Under the pieces are notes generated by a model. It saw only the letters and a list, made by a program, of their open reading frames with translations, did not search any database and was not told the DNA's origin. From positions 11,160,001 through 11,224,000 of the forward strand of contig NC_043011.1 in NCBI RefSeq assembly GCF_006345805.1: 64,000 bases of DNA, given 5' to 3'. Source of the stretch: Octopus sinensis (lineage: Eukaryota). The first letter of the stretch is position 1, and every line of letters begins with the position of its first letter. A program made the position numbers and the translations under genes. Positions 51,763-63,165 of this stretch are shown here, piece by piece.

Positions 51763-51789
51763 GACGTTTCGAGCGGAGCTCTTCGTCGG
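51763..51789 (-). ncRNA. Hammerhead-like motif, U4C variant
   Basis: Minus strand CCGACGA-A-GAGC-tcc-GCTC-GAAA-CGTC; stem I is poor. Confidence 0.45.
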
Positions 51790-52097
51790 AAACATAAAAA
51801 AGGAAGAGAGAGGAAAGAAAGATCCCAGAGCGGGCAACAGGGAAAGAGAAAAAAGACGACTGATGTTTACGAGTTGCACATGGTGAAAGGCGGATGTTGA
51901 CGATAACAAGAGCAAAGTGGGTTTTTTAAGGCAAAAGAGTGGAGACAAGGTTGGTAACCCAACAGATGTGTGTGTATGTGTGAGTGTGTGCGTGTGCGTG
52001 TGTGTATGTGTGTGTGTGTGGGCGAGATGAAAAAACAAAAAAATATGTGTGTGTTAGTGTGTGCATCTGTGTGTAGGCGTGTGGGGTAGGGCGAGAC

Positions 52098-52197
52098 NNN
52101 NNNNNNNNNNNNNNNNNNNNNNNNNNNNNNNNNNNNNNNNNNNNNNNNNNNNNNNNNNNNNNNNNNNNNNNNNNNNNNNNNNNNNNNNNNNNNNNNN
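52098..52197. other. Assembly gap (100 N)
   Basis: Run of N. Confidence 1.
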
Positions 52198-53073
52198 ACA
52201 CATTCCTCTGACCGTTACCCTCTCTGTCTTTCTCAAAATTGACATCTCTCTCTCTCCCTCAACTAGCATATCTCACCCCCATACTGCATTGCAGCTCTTA
52301 CACAACTCCTGTACACCTTTCTTTTCGTCTTCAATGAGAACCTTTTCCCATATAACAATGCTCCGCATTCCCTGAACTCCACCCAGCCAAGTTTCGCTCT
52401 TGCTGTCACAGCTGCTTCACATCCACCACTTACATCCACCCTGTCTTCCAAATAACAAAACCCTCTCACCAGCTCCACACCTTGTCACATAGTGTTTCCA
52501 CTAACTTCGTCAGCCTTCCACCTCCTCTCTCACATCTTCCACAAACAAACTCTCTTGCCAGTCGCTTGGGGGTCACCTTCTTCATTTCTATACATCTGCC
52601 ATGAATCCATTTCTCACATCTCTTACACAAAACCGCATTTGTCATTACCCTCCCACATACAAATTCCTCAGCCTAACCTACACCCCACCCTCAGCTTAAC
52701 CCACACCCCACCCTTGCGTTCCCCACTCTTGCCTCCCTCACCTTCCAACACCACTACACCATACACCACCATGCCACACAACACATCACATCACACCACC
52801 ATGCACACACTAGCACTGACCACTCCCCAGCCCCACATCCATACACCCACACATTCACACACCCACATGTCAAGGTCACCAGCCGTCTTCCACATGCACA
52901 TACATACTCTCTTATACACATGCACGTGAACCTTCGTTTTGGGATCACCACTTCTTTATTATCTCCCCTTCTTCCTAGCTCTCCTGTGTGACCCCTCTGT
53001 CTGGCATTCGCCATGATAGATCGCTAGCCACTACACATTCTTTATTTTCTCTCCTTGTTTCTTTCTGTGTTCC

Positions 53074-53106
53074 TTTCTGTGGAAGAGCGTAGACTCGAAA
53101 TGTTAT
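53074..53106 (+). ncRNA. Degenerate hammerhead-like motif
   Basis: TTT-CTGTGGA-A-GAGC-gtag-ACTC-GAAA-TGTT-ATA; several core and stem lesions. Confidence 0.3.
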
Positions 53107-53135
53107 ACATATATATATGTATATACGTACATAAA

Positions 53136-53173
<38 letters not shown>

Positions 53174-53253
53174 AATTGCAGCGTGGAAGGTGTTTGTAAG
53201 CCATTTAAGAAACACACAAAAGCCGTTCGATTCACTTCAACATTTAAGTTTAA

Positions 53254-53304
53254 TTTGTCAAAATATTTTCGTCGCTTTAAGACCGCGACCTGTTCACTGA
53301 CAAA
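53254..53304 (-). ncRNA. Mirror copy of the G3-C8 hammerhead motif (left arm of palindrome)
   Basis: Exact reverse complement of 53334-53384. Confidence 0.7.
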
Positions 53305-53333
53305 ATCCGTGAAAAAGAGATGCAGCACGGATT

Positions 53334-53384
53334 TTTGTCAGTGAACAGGTCGCGGTCTTAAAGCGACGAAAATATTTTGACAAA
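53334..53384 (+). ncRNA. Minimal type I hammerhead motif with G3-C8 swapped core (right arm of palindrome)
   Basis: TTTGTCA-GTGAACA-G-GTCGC-ggtcttaaa-GCGAC-GAAA-ATATTT-TGACAAA: 7-bp stem I, 5-bp stem II, palindromic AATATT stem III. Confidence 0.7.
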
Positions 53385-53512
53385 TTAACTTAAATGTTGA
53401 AGTGAATCGAACGGCTTTTGTGTGTTTCTTAATGGCTTACAAACACCTTCCACGCTGCAATTGTTTTCGTTTCAGCACACGATCTCAGATCAAATCACTT
53501 GCTATGCGAGTA

Positions 53513-53514
<2 letters not shown>

Positions 53515-53576
<62 letters not shown>

Positions 53577-53586
53577 ATATATATAT

Positions 53587-53638
<52 letters not shown>

Positions 53639-53731
53639 ACATATATATGTATATGTATACATATATATGTATATGTATACATATATATGTATATGTATAC
53701 ATATATATGTATATGTATACATATATATATG

Positions 53732-53773
<42 letters not shown>

Positions 53774-54075
53774 ATATATGTATACATATATATGTATATG
53801 TTATGTATACATATATATGTATATGTTATGTATACATATATATGTATATGTTATACATACATATATATATGTATATGTTATACATATATATGTATATGTT
53901 ATACATATATATATATGTATATATACATACATATATATATTCACGTGTATAGATATGTATATATATATGTATATATACATACATATATATATTCACGTGT
54001 ATAGATATGTATATATATATATATATTTACATGTATATGTGTGTGTGTGTATGTATATATATATGTGTGTGTGTG
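53515..54075. repeat. (CT)n followed by (TA)n/(TATG)n compound microsatellite
   Basis: Seen directly. Confidence 0.95.
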
Positions 54076-54499
54076 TCCAACATTGCTTGACAGCTGATGC
54101 TGGTGTATTTACATCCCCATAACTTAGCTGTTTGGCAAAATACACCGAAAGAATAAGTACTAGGCTTACAAAGAATAAATCCTGGGATTGATTTCTTCAA
54201 GTAAAGGTGGCGCTCCAGCATGGCCACTGCCACATGACCGAAACAAGTAAAATAATAAAAAAACTATGCCATTTTAATCCCGAGCAATGCTGGGTATCTC
54301 TGCTAGTAGACTTATATTTGCTGTTGAATGCGATCATTCACTTTAGTGGTTCTTTTACATTTTCTTCTAAATTATTTGTTTATAATCTTGAAAGATTGAA
54401 ATGTATTTTTGGTTATTACTAAAATATTTCTTCGAGAGAATCATATTTGATGTTTTATATATAAATATATATATATAAATATAAATATATGACCACTCA

Positions 54500-54906
54500 T
54501 AGGCGCAGGAGTGGCTGTGTGGTAAGTAGCTTGCTAACCAACCACATGGTTCTGGGTTCAGTCCCACTGTGTGGCATCTTGGGCAAGTGTCTTCTGCTAT
54601 AGCCCCAGGCCGACCAATGCCTTGTGAGTGGATTTGGTAGACGGAAACTGAAAGAAGCCTGTTGTATATATGTATGTATATATATGTGTGTTTGTGTGTC
54701 TGTGTTTGTCCCCCTAGCATTGCTTGACAACCAATGCTGGTGTGTTTACGTCCCCGTCACTTAGCGGATCGGCAAAAGAGACTGATAGAATAAGTACTGG
54801 GCTTACAAAGAATAAGTCCCGGGGTCGATTTGCTCGACTAAAGGCGGTGCTCCAGCATGGCCGCAGTCAAATGACTGAAACAAGTAAAAGAGTAAAAGAG
54901 TAAAGA
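54500..54906 (+). mobile_element. Major SINE copy
   Basis: Full structure. Confidence 0.9.
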
Positions 54907-55712
54907 GTATATGTGGAGGCGCAATAGCCCAGTGGTTAGGGCAGTGGACTTGCGGTCGTAGAATCACGGTTTCGATTCCCAGACCGGACATTGTGAGTGT
55001 TTATTGAGCGAAAACACCTAAAAGCTCCACGAGGCTCCAGCAGGGGGTGGTGATCCCTGCTGTATTCTTTCACCACTCTTTCTCTCACAGCGGGGGTGGC
55101 GTCACTCGAAGGTTAAAACAATGCAAACGCATTGTGACTAGCGATGTGTAGCAACATCTGATGGTCTGGTCGGTCACGTGATCACGTGATATATAAATAT
55201 ACTCCAGACATATCTAAACCTGCAGCAGAATGACAATGGAGCTTGTGATATTTAGCTGTAAGGCTAAATATATTTGAAACCTTTTCAAATATAAAATATA
55301 ATTTGTGATTTTATCTATGAAATATTTATTGTTCATGAAGTGCAATATGTTTTACCTAATTTTGTCTAGTAACTGTACAGTTGTCAATTTTCGTAGACGT
55401 CTTGCTTTAATGATGTAGATGAATTGTTTTCATGTCTGATTTTCTAGCCAACTGAAGATGCATGTCTTCTACTATACACACATCCAAAAATGATAATTTT
55501 TTTTCTTACAAAAGTACACATTAAAAACAGGTAGTAAAGGCCCCCTAGTGAGTGAATTACTAACTATATAAGTAAATTTATCACTGCATTTCTATCCCTA
55601 TGTCCTTCATTTTGTTTCTTTCAGGGATGAATAAGATTTTTTATTTATTTTTTTATTTAAGAATCTAATGTGTTTGTTTTGTTCTCAGACTTGCTTCATC
55701 TCTATTTTTTAG

Positions 55713-55868
55713 GTAACCCATCCAAGTGTCATGGAATTTTAAAGAAAGCTCAGACTTTTCGTTCTGAGCCACAATATTTATTACAGAAGGCTCTAGATAA
55801 CTTAGATTCTGGTAAAAGCTATCTTCTCACAGCTGAAGAGAAAGCTGCTTGTTTTGATGTTTGTAATC
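55713..55868 (+). CDS. TTK: TTK/Mps1 coding exon 5 (GNPSKCHGILKKAQTFRSEPQYLLQKALDNLDSGKSYLLTAEEK...)
   Basis: TTTTTAG acceptor and GTAAGT donor. Matches human [44 protein letters not shown]. Confidence 0.9.
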
Positions 55869-55909
55869 GTAAGTATCACACTACCTTTTGTGAAGTGATT
55901 GTTGTTTAA

Positions 55910-56165
55910 CCCTTTAGACCCGTGCTAGCACGGAAAACGGACGTTAAACGATGATGATTACTCTGTTAAATGTAATGCTTTTTTTCACTCAAATTGTTTT
56001 GAATTAATCGTGCATTATCTTATAGCTTTTGAGGTTTCAATGATATGATTGTCTATTTTTAGAATGTCAATGTAGGTTAGGTGTGAGAGGCTAGATATGG
56101 CCAGTTTGAATATAAAATATGTAGAATATATTGGGCCGGATTTGGCCAGTTTAAACACTAAAGGG
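55910..56165. mobile_element. piggyBac-type MITE containing a tiny RTE 3' end
   Basis: TTAA|CCCTTTAG...CTAAAGGG|TTAA; RTE terminal ~40 nt at 55918-55958. Confidence 0.75.
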
Positions 56166-56525
56166 TTAAGTACTCCTCATTTAGCTCCTAAATTCAGCAG
56201 AAAAATATTCAAAGGAATTCTAAGGATGTGTAGTTCTAAATTCTTTAATTATCAGGTGTTCTTTCCTTAGCTCTTAACATCCTGTATGACATGAATCCAC
56301 ACAGACATGCATCTGTCTGTCAGTGTTATACTGCCTGGAACTGCACATATCATGCCACTCTGGTTTACATTCATCCTAAAGGAAGCTAGTAATCTAAGGG
56401 AAAAAAACTTTAAATCCGTTTCTCTATTATTTACATTCTTTTAGCATGTCACATTTACCCACCTGTTACCAAACTTTTATATTTTTGTCAGGATTTTCTT
56501 CTTGAAAATTATCTATAAAAATGGC

Positions 56526-56897
56526 ATAGGAGTGGCTGTGTGGTAAGTAGCTTGCTTACGAACCACAAGGATCCGAGTTCATTTCCACTGTGTGGCACCT
56601 TGGGCAGGTGTCTTCTACTGTAGCCTCGGGCCAACCAAAGCCTTGTGAGTGGATTTGGTAGACGGAAACTGAAAGATGCCTGTCATATATATGTGTTTGT
56701 GTGTCTGTGTTTGTACCCCCAACATCGCTTGACAACCGATGCTGGTGTGTTTACGTCCCCCATCACTTAGCAGTTTGGCAAAAGAGACCGATAGAATAAG
56801 GACTAGGTTTACAAAAAATAAGTCCTGGGGTTGATTTGCTCGACTAAGGCGGTGCTCCAGCATGGCCACAGTCAAATGACTGAAATAAGTAAAAGAG
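56526..56897 (+). mobile_element. Major SINE copy
   Basis: Full structure. Confidence 0.9.
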
Positions 56898-57632
56898 TAT
56901 AAAAATGGCTGCTAATCAATCATTGAATGACAATTTCAATAATTTAATCAATGAATTAAAGGCAGATAAGACTTTCAAAATCAAAACAATGCATCTATTT
57001 CTCAGATGCACATTTTGATGTCAAACAATGAACTAGTTGCAAGTGTTGTTGGTCCTAAAATACATTTGTGAAGCCTATTGAGTATTTTTTCAGCCTTTCC
57101 ATCGAGTTTTGATCAGTGTGGCCACCTAAGAAACTAATTCATAGAAAAAACATGCCTGTCTCTTTCAAGAAGTTGGTTACCAGGATGGAATTATGAACTG
57201 GTGCTGGTACTCTGGCCTTTTGTGACAAAGTCCCTTCCTGAACTCCCTCAAAACATTCCAAAATCTTTGTTGACCATCTGATCAGAGGAAACCCAGTAGA
57301 TGTAGATGATATCATTGCTGTCAAAAAAGAGGATCCTCATGAGCTTCCTGGTGGACTTGCTTGTCTGGCCCCTTGTGCTAGCAAAAAATAGATGCCTGAC
57401 TCAAGTTAATCTATGAGAATTTAATAAGTTTCTGTAGCATTTTTGCCCAGTTAAACACAAAACTTGATCGCATAGCAAGCTTCCAAATAGTCTTCATGTC
57501 CCAACTGCATTCTGCAAACTAGTCAGCTGTGACAAGCAGTGTTTTGTTGGATATGTTTAAAGGGCTGTTATGGCTATTTCCTTCAATCTGGAATAACAAA
57601 AGTTAGCAGGTCAGCTTATTAGATGTATCGTA

Positions 57633-58421
57633 ATCTCTATATATAAACGGCAGTTTGTCTGTCTGTGTGTCTGTCAGGTTGTACCCTCACCCTGACCACG
57701 GCTTTCAACCGATTCTGATGAAACTTGACATACACATAGCCCAATGTCATAATTCAAAACTAACGCAGCGAAAATTTTGAAAAGTTCTCCCAGTTCTGAA
57801 AAAAATCGATAAATTCGACATGGGTCGAGAATCTAAGCTTTTTATATGCAACACATTTTCTACAGACTGTCTAGGGAATGCAACTCGACCTTTTTAACTC
57901 TCGGAACACGTGCGGTAAGTATCACAAAATGTATAAAAATGTACAAAAACGGCAAAAAAGCGGGCAGCAATGTGAGTGACAGCAACGAAAAAGTCAAAAG
58001 TGACCAAACTGAACAAACGAATGGAAAAGGTTTTTTTGGTGCACATGACAAAAGCGGTTTATAATAAACCAAGAGTTTGCAAGTAGCGTCCGAGGACCCT
58101 TAGGGTACGTCAAAAATTTAAGGTAAAACGTTTGGGGTGGTAGTTATAAAGAAAGTGTAAACAAAAAATGTACTCGAATAACTTGTGGCTGCAGCAGCTA
58201 TTAGCAGAAGTTGGGGGTAAAGTCTCGAATGTAATTTCTTCCTGGTAGGAATTGGTTGGGTTGAATTATCGATAGCTGTTTGATAGTTATTTGGGAGTGA
58301 AGAGAAGACATTGCAACCTACACATGTGCCTTCATTCCCTAGAGGGAAAGGACTAGATTGGGATTAGTCGTTGCCTACTAGGGGCTCTTACATACCCGGG
58401 CAATGCCGGACTATGCTGCTA
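57633..58421 (+). mobile_element. Non-autonomous Helitron, long form with a different interior
   Basis: Same 5' ~230 nt and 3' ~120 nt as 12682-13085; A|TC...CTAG|T insertion signature. Confidence 0.8.
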
Positions 58422-58766
58422 GTGATATAATAAAATTGCAATAATGTAGGACAGTTATTACTGCCTCCTAAAAAGTCTCAAAACTTCTGGAATGTGCCTC
58501 ATAGATCAGCCTTCACCAACTTGCCTTGTCTTCCTGTTCAAGTACCATCCACATTTAGTGAGTAGTAGTTCTTAATACAGTTATCTTCATTCTTACACAT
58601 TGCATATCTTCTTTCTTGCATGCTTCTTTCTTGATGGTTAAGCCCAACTAGTTGCAAAAGGTAGTTTATGTTGGTATGGTTTACTTTCATACATAGCAAG
58701 GAAATGCAATTCTTAACATTTTCATTCTTATTGTTGTAACTTACTTTAATGTTCCCTAAATTCTAG

Positions 58767-58866
58767 GAAACCTTAAGCCTGAAGAGAAACCAACTATACC
58801 AGATTCATATTTACCTGTTGGTACTGTGAAAAATAAATTCCTGGCAAGTTTGGCTACTTCAAATGG
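58767..58866 (+). CDS. TTK: TTK/Mps1 coding exon 6 (RNLKPEEKPTIPDSYLPVGTVKNKFLASLATSN), linker
   Basis: TTCTAG acceptor and GTAAGT donor; open in the frame dictated by the phase-1 junction. Confidence 0.7.
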
Positions 58867-58989
58867 GTAAGTATTTGATACTTTTGAATTGAAAATGGCC
58901 ACGTTGCTGAGAGAGTGGACAGTTTGATTGTTTTTAGGTCATGTCTGCTGCAGGTATTTTGCTCTGTAACATTTCATTTAACATTGCTC

Positions 58990-59345
58990 AGATCAGTTAG
59001 CTATCAAGGATGTCACTGCAGAAGCTCACAGACTTAGGATGTGAGACTTTACCACATCCTCCTATTCTTCTGATCTTTCACCCACTGACTAACATTTTTT
59101 CAAGCATCTAGACACTCTTTTAAGGCAGTAAAACCTTCCGTTCCAAAAGCAAGATCGAATCTGAATTCAAGGATTTCTTGGCATTAGAACCTTTTTGATT
59201 TCTATCAAAGAGGCATAAATGACCTTGTTAATCAATGAGAGAAATGCATAGCTGTTCAGGAATCATATTTTGAATAAGTAAACCTTTGTATAAGTTCAAG
59301 AGTATAGGCTTATTTTTAAAATTGGCCATTATTTTCCGAACAGTC
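58990..59345 (+). mobile_element. Mariner 3' fragment
   Basis: Degenerate LPHPPYSSDLSPTD motif and TIR-like end. Confidence 0.6.
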
Positions 59346-59347
59346 TA

Positions 59348-59775
59348 ATCATCATCATCATCATTTAGCGTCCGCTTTCCATGCTAGCATGGGTTGGACG
59401 ATTCAACTGGGGTCTAGGAAGCCAGAAGACTGCATCAGGCTCCAGTCTGATCTGGCAATGTTTCAACGGCTGGATGCCTTTCCTAATGTCAACCACTCCG
59501 TGAGTGTAGTGTGTGTTTTTTACATGCCAGACGGGGCTGGCAAACGGCCACGGTTGGATGGTGCTTTTTATGTGTAACTGGCATGGGGACCAGGCGAGGC
59601 TAGCAACGGCCACGATCGGACGGATGGTGCTTTTTACGTGCCACCGGCACGGAGGCCCGTCGGGTCGGCGCTAGCAACGGCCACATTTGGATGGTTCGCT
59701 TATGTGCCACCAGCACTGGTATCACAGCTACAATTTCCATTGATGTTGATCGATTTCGATTTTGATTCTGATTCT
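59348..59775 (-). mobile_element. RTE 3' UTR copy
   Basis: (CAT)n, terminal segment and hairpin units. Confidence 0.8.
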
Positions 59776-59976
59776 CATAATTACTCTAATAATCACTCTA
59801 AATGTTAAATATTTAATATAAATTTAAATGAGTTATATTAAAGAAAGACTAGTCACTATTTGTTTTGAGTAAGGTAAAATTTAATGTATCTTGTATTTCT
59901 TTTCATGTATCTTGTTTTGCATGCATGTGGCTATACTTGATTAATGAGTTTCTGTTTTGTTATTGTGATATTTTAG

Positions 59977-60371
59977 GACTGTCTTAAGTGAATCTAAACC
60001 AAGACAGCTAGCAAAACCTGAAATACCTGTGAAGAAAGACTCGGATACTTCACCTGAAGAATTTATTTGTGGTAGCATTTTGGCACTTTCAGAAAAGTGG
60101 GGCTGCCTGAATCAGCAGGGCCCATTTGCAAGGCGCTTCTCACACATCTCTGATAGACGTGTGTCTAATGTACATACTCCTTTAGATAAATGTTTATCTA
60201 GTACTCAGGGTTCCACAGATCCAGTTTTCATTCTGTAAATGATCGTCGTTTCTCTACTCAGTTTACTACTCTTGGTTCCTCCCATCTGGGTTCTTATAAC
60301 ACACCAGTCTGCCATAAGTCATCATTGTCTGCAGGAAGCTATGAAAATGGCTCTTCTTCAAAGTTCCTCAG
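59977..60371 (+). CDS. TTK: TTK/Mps1 coding exon 7 (linker), apparent 1-nt frameshift near 60208
   Basis: TTTTAG acceptor in phase 2. The entry frame stops at 60236-60238; a second frame (GFHRSSFHSVNDRR...SSKFLR) runs to the AG|GTTTGT donor at 60372, whose phase fits exon 8. Confidence 0.6.
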
Positions 60372-61965
60372 GTTTGTAGTTCCAATCCCTTTTAACCGTC
60401 ATTATTTTTGCAATTATTTTTTCTGTGCTAACATGATTTGGACAGGACTTCTTGAGTGGTGCTTTACAACAGATATCCTTTCTATTGCCAGTTCTTGTGT
60501 CTTACAAAATAAAACACAGAAAGAAAAAACAACTTAACTGTTTTATAGGTAAAACTTAACTCACTGATATTCCTCAAATGCTTGCCCATTATTGAGTATT
60601 GTTTCTTGTACTGATACAATGAAGTTACCAATTTTAAAGTAGCTGACTATATCACTTTCACCATTGTTGCATTTTTTACCTTATCCCCTCCACCTAAATG
60701 CTAACTGTGCTATATCCACCAGGATCATTTTGGTTAATCCTATTATGTTGAAACTGAATTTCTGAAACTTCATCTCTAATTGTAATTTCCCCACCTACCA
60801 ATAACTTCAAAGGTTTAAAACTGAAAATTAACCATATGAAATTAATCCAGCTGTCTCTGACTCCTAATGAAGAAGGGTTTGAAAAGTTTATGGTTGATAG
60901 CCATCCTTTTGCAACCATGTAATAATAAAGATAAATGAGAGAAATTTGCGAGCATCCTGTCTTGTGAAATTGTCTTTTTCTCTGATTGGTAACATAGTAC
61001 ACTAATGATCAACTGTGACTTTGACTTGGAATTGCTCTACTCATCATTAACCCTTTTGATACCAACCTGGCCAAAACTGTAGGACAAATATCTTGTTTTC
61101 AAAAGTATTGAATTAAAATCTTCCACCAAACCTCAGTCACAATTTATGTTCCAAACACTAGCTTAATGATAACTAAGTTATTTTACTAAATTCTTTGTTA
61201 TATTTAAAATTAATTGAATGAAACACAGAGCATCTCAAAATAAATACGATAACAGTGAATGGTACATTGAGGCATTCAAAAGGCTTGGAGATACCATTTG
61301 GAGGAATAGACTGAATAAGAACCTGAATTATTCATGTTCACCATAACAATGGGGTAACAAGAGATGATGAATTATTATTATACGCTAATATATTGTGGCT
61401 GATGTCTTCATTTTAGTTGTTAGAATCACATTTCAGCTGTTGTGTCTTTTGGTCGTTATCAGGTACATGTTATGTGTCATAGCATACTTGTAATTTTGAA
61501 CTGAACCCTTTTTTGAATCTACTGGAGTAAATTGTAGTCATTCTGTTGATCAGAATGAAGATATTCTCGTATTAGTTATTCTCCTACTTGTGATGCTGCT
61601 TGCTTTTCTTGTTTCAGCCTCCCTCCTCAGTAAATTACAATACTGTTACTCAAGATTATCAACATTTGTGTTCACTATCTCGTTGTAACATTAAGTAATT
61701 AGGTTCAAGTTGAACGAGCAAGTGATGTCATAAGTAAAGAATAACTTATATGAGAATATTCTAAGTATGAACAACAGAGTCAAAAATACCTGTCCTGGTT
61801 TGATTGGAAATTCGAGACCTTGCAAAAGGCTGTTGAGTGCCCTGGCTAAAACTTTGTGATTCTAACAACCAAGATGAGGACTCTTGCCCTAATGTTATCA
61901 GAAAAGAATGATGTAAGAAATGCCGAAGCAGATAGTGAAACACTTTCAACTTTATTCTGTTATAG

Positions 61966-62072
61966 GATTAAGAAAATGCCACAGAGGGTGACCGTCGATG
62001 AGGCCAAAAGCTATGACAGCTCTGACGAAGAAGACACCTCTATGAGCAAATTTACTCCAAAATCATCATCAG
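61966..62072 (+). CDS. TTK: TTK/Mps1 coding exon 8 (RIKKMPQRVTVDEAKSYDSSDEEDTSMSKFTPKSSS); gene continues beyond the window
   Basis: TTATAG acceptor and GTAACA donor; open, S/D/E-rich linker. Confidence 0.7.
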
Positions 62073-62217
62073 GTAACATACAAATACCTTGTCACTTCTT
62101 TAGTTTGTTACTTATTTGTTTGATTGTTTAGTAGGTTTGTTGACTGATTGATCAGCTAACAGGGTTGGTCGTTGGTTTCTGCTTTGCTTGATTTGTTGAC
62201 TAGTTAATTCATCCATA

Positions 62218-62612
62218 TTACTCTTTTACTTGTTTCAGTCATTTGACTGTGGCCATGCTGGAGCAGCGCCTTTTAGTCGAGCAAATCAACCGCCGGGACT
62301 TATTCTTTGTAAGCCTAGTACTTAATCTATCGGTCTCTTTTGCTGAACCGCTAAGTGACAGAGACGTAAACACACCAGCATCAGTTGTCAAGCAATTCTA
62401 GGGGGACAAACACAGATACACAAACACACACACACATACATATATACGACGGGGTTCTTTCAGTTTCCGTCTACCAAATCCACTCACAAGGCTTTGGTCG
62501 GCCCAAGGCTATAGTAGGAGGCACTTGCCCAAGGTGTCACGCAGTGGGACTGAACCCGGAACCATATGGTTGGTAAGCAAGCACCCTACCACACTGCCAC
62601 TCCTGCGCCTAT
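62218..62612 (-). mobile_element. Major SINE copy
   Basis: Full structure; inverted relative to 62772-63165. Confidence 0.9.
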
Positions 62613-62771
62613 TTATTGACTTAATTTAGTTAATTAAATCAATAATGTGGTTAATGTTTTATCTTTTAAGTGTTTTTTTTCTATTTGAGTAAATGCTGTT
62701 GAAATCATATAACCCATTTGACTGCATTTTGAATTAAAATGTATTCAATTAAATTTTAAGATAAACGTAGA

Positions 62772-62931
62772 TAGGTGTAGGAGTGTTTGTGTGGTAAGTA
62801 GCACATGGTCCTGGGTTCAGTCCCACTGCATGGCACCTTGGGCAAGTGTCTTCTACTATAGCCTTGGGCCGCCCAAAGCCTTGTGAGTAGATTTGGTAGA
62901 TGGAACCTGAAAGAAGCCCATTGTATATATT

Positions 62932-62964
<33 letters not shown>

Positions 62965-63165
62965 TTGCGTTTGTCTCCCCAACATCGCTTGACAACCGAT
63001 GCTGGTGTGTTTACGTCCCCATAACTTAGCGGTTTGGCAAAAGAGACTGATAGAATAAGTACTAGGCTTCGAAAGAATAAGTCCTGGGGTTGATTTGCTC
63101 GACTAAAGGCGGTACTCCAGCATGGCCACAGTCAATGACTGAAACTAGTAAAAAAGTAAGAATAA
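62772..63165 (+). mobile_element. Major SINE copy
   Basis: Full structure with a small deletion in the head. Confidence 0.9.

Larger units (their letters stand above)
53173..53463. repeat. Near-perfect palindrome (139/138-bp arms, 14-nt spacer)
   Basis: Arms 53173-53311 and 53326-53463 differ only by three 1-nt homopolymer indels. Confidence 0.95.

Noticed and set aside
51123-52038. Long Y/I/M/H-rich ORFs (also 53402-54122 and 45477-45824)
   Set aside because: Translation artefacts of (TA)n, (TATG)n and (CA)n microsatellites.
56930-57630. Possible degenerate LINE coding sequence (also 58440-58720 and 60560-61050)
   Set aside because: It looks coding-derived, but I could not recover diagnostic motifs with enough confidence to name it.
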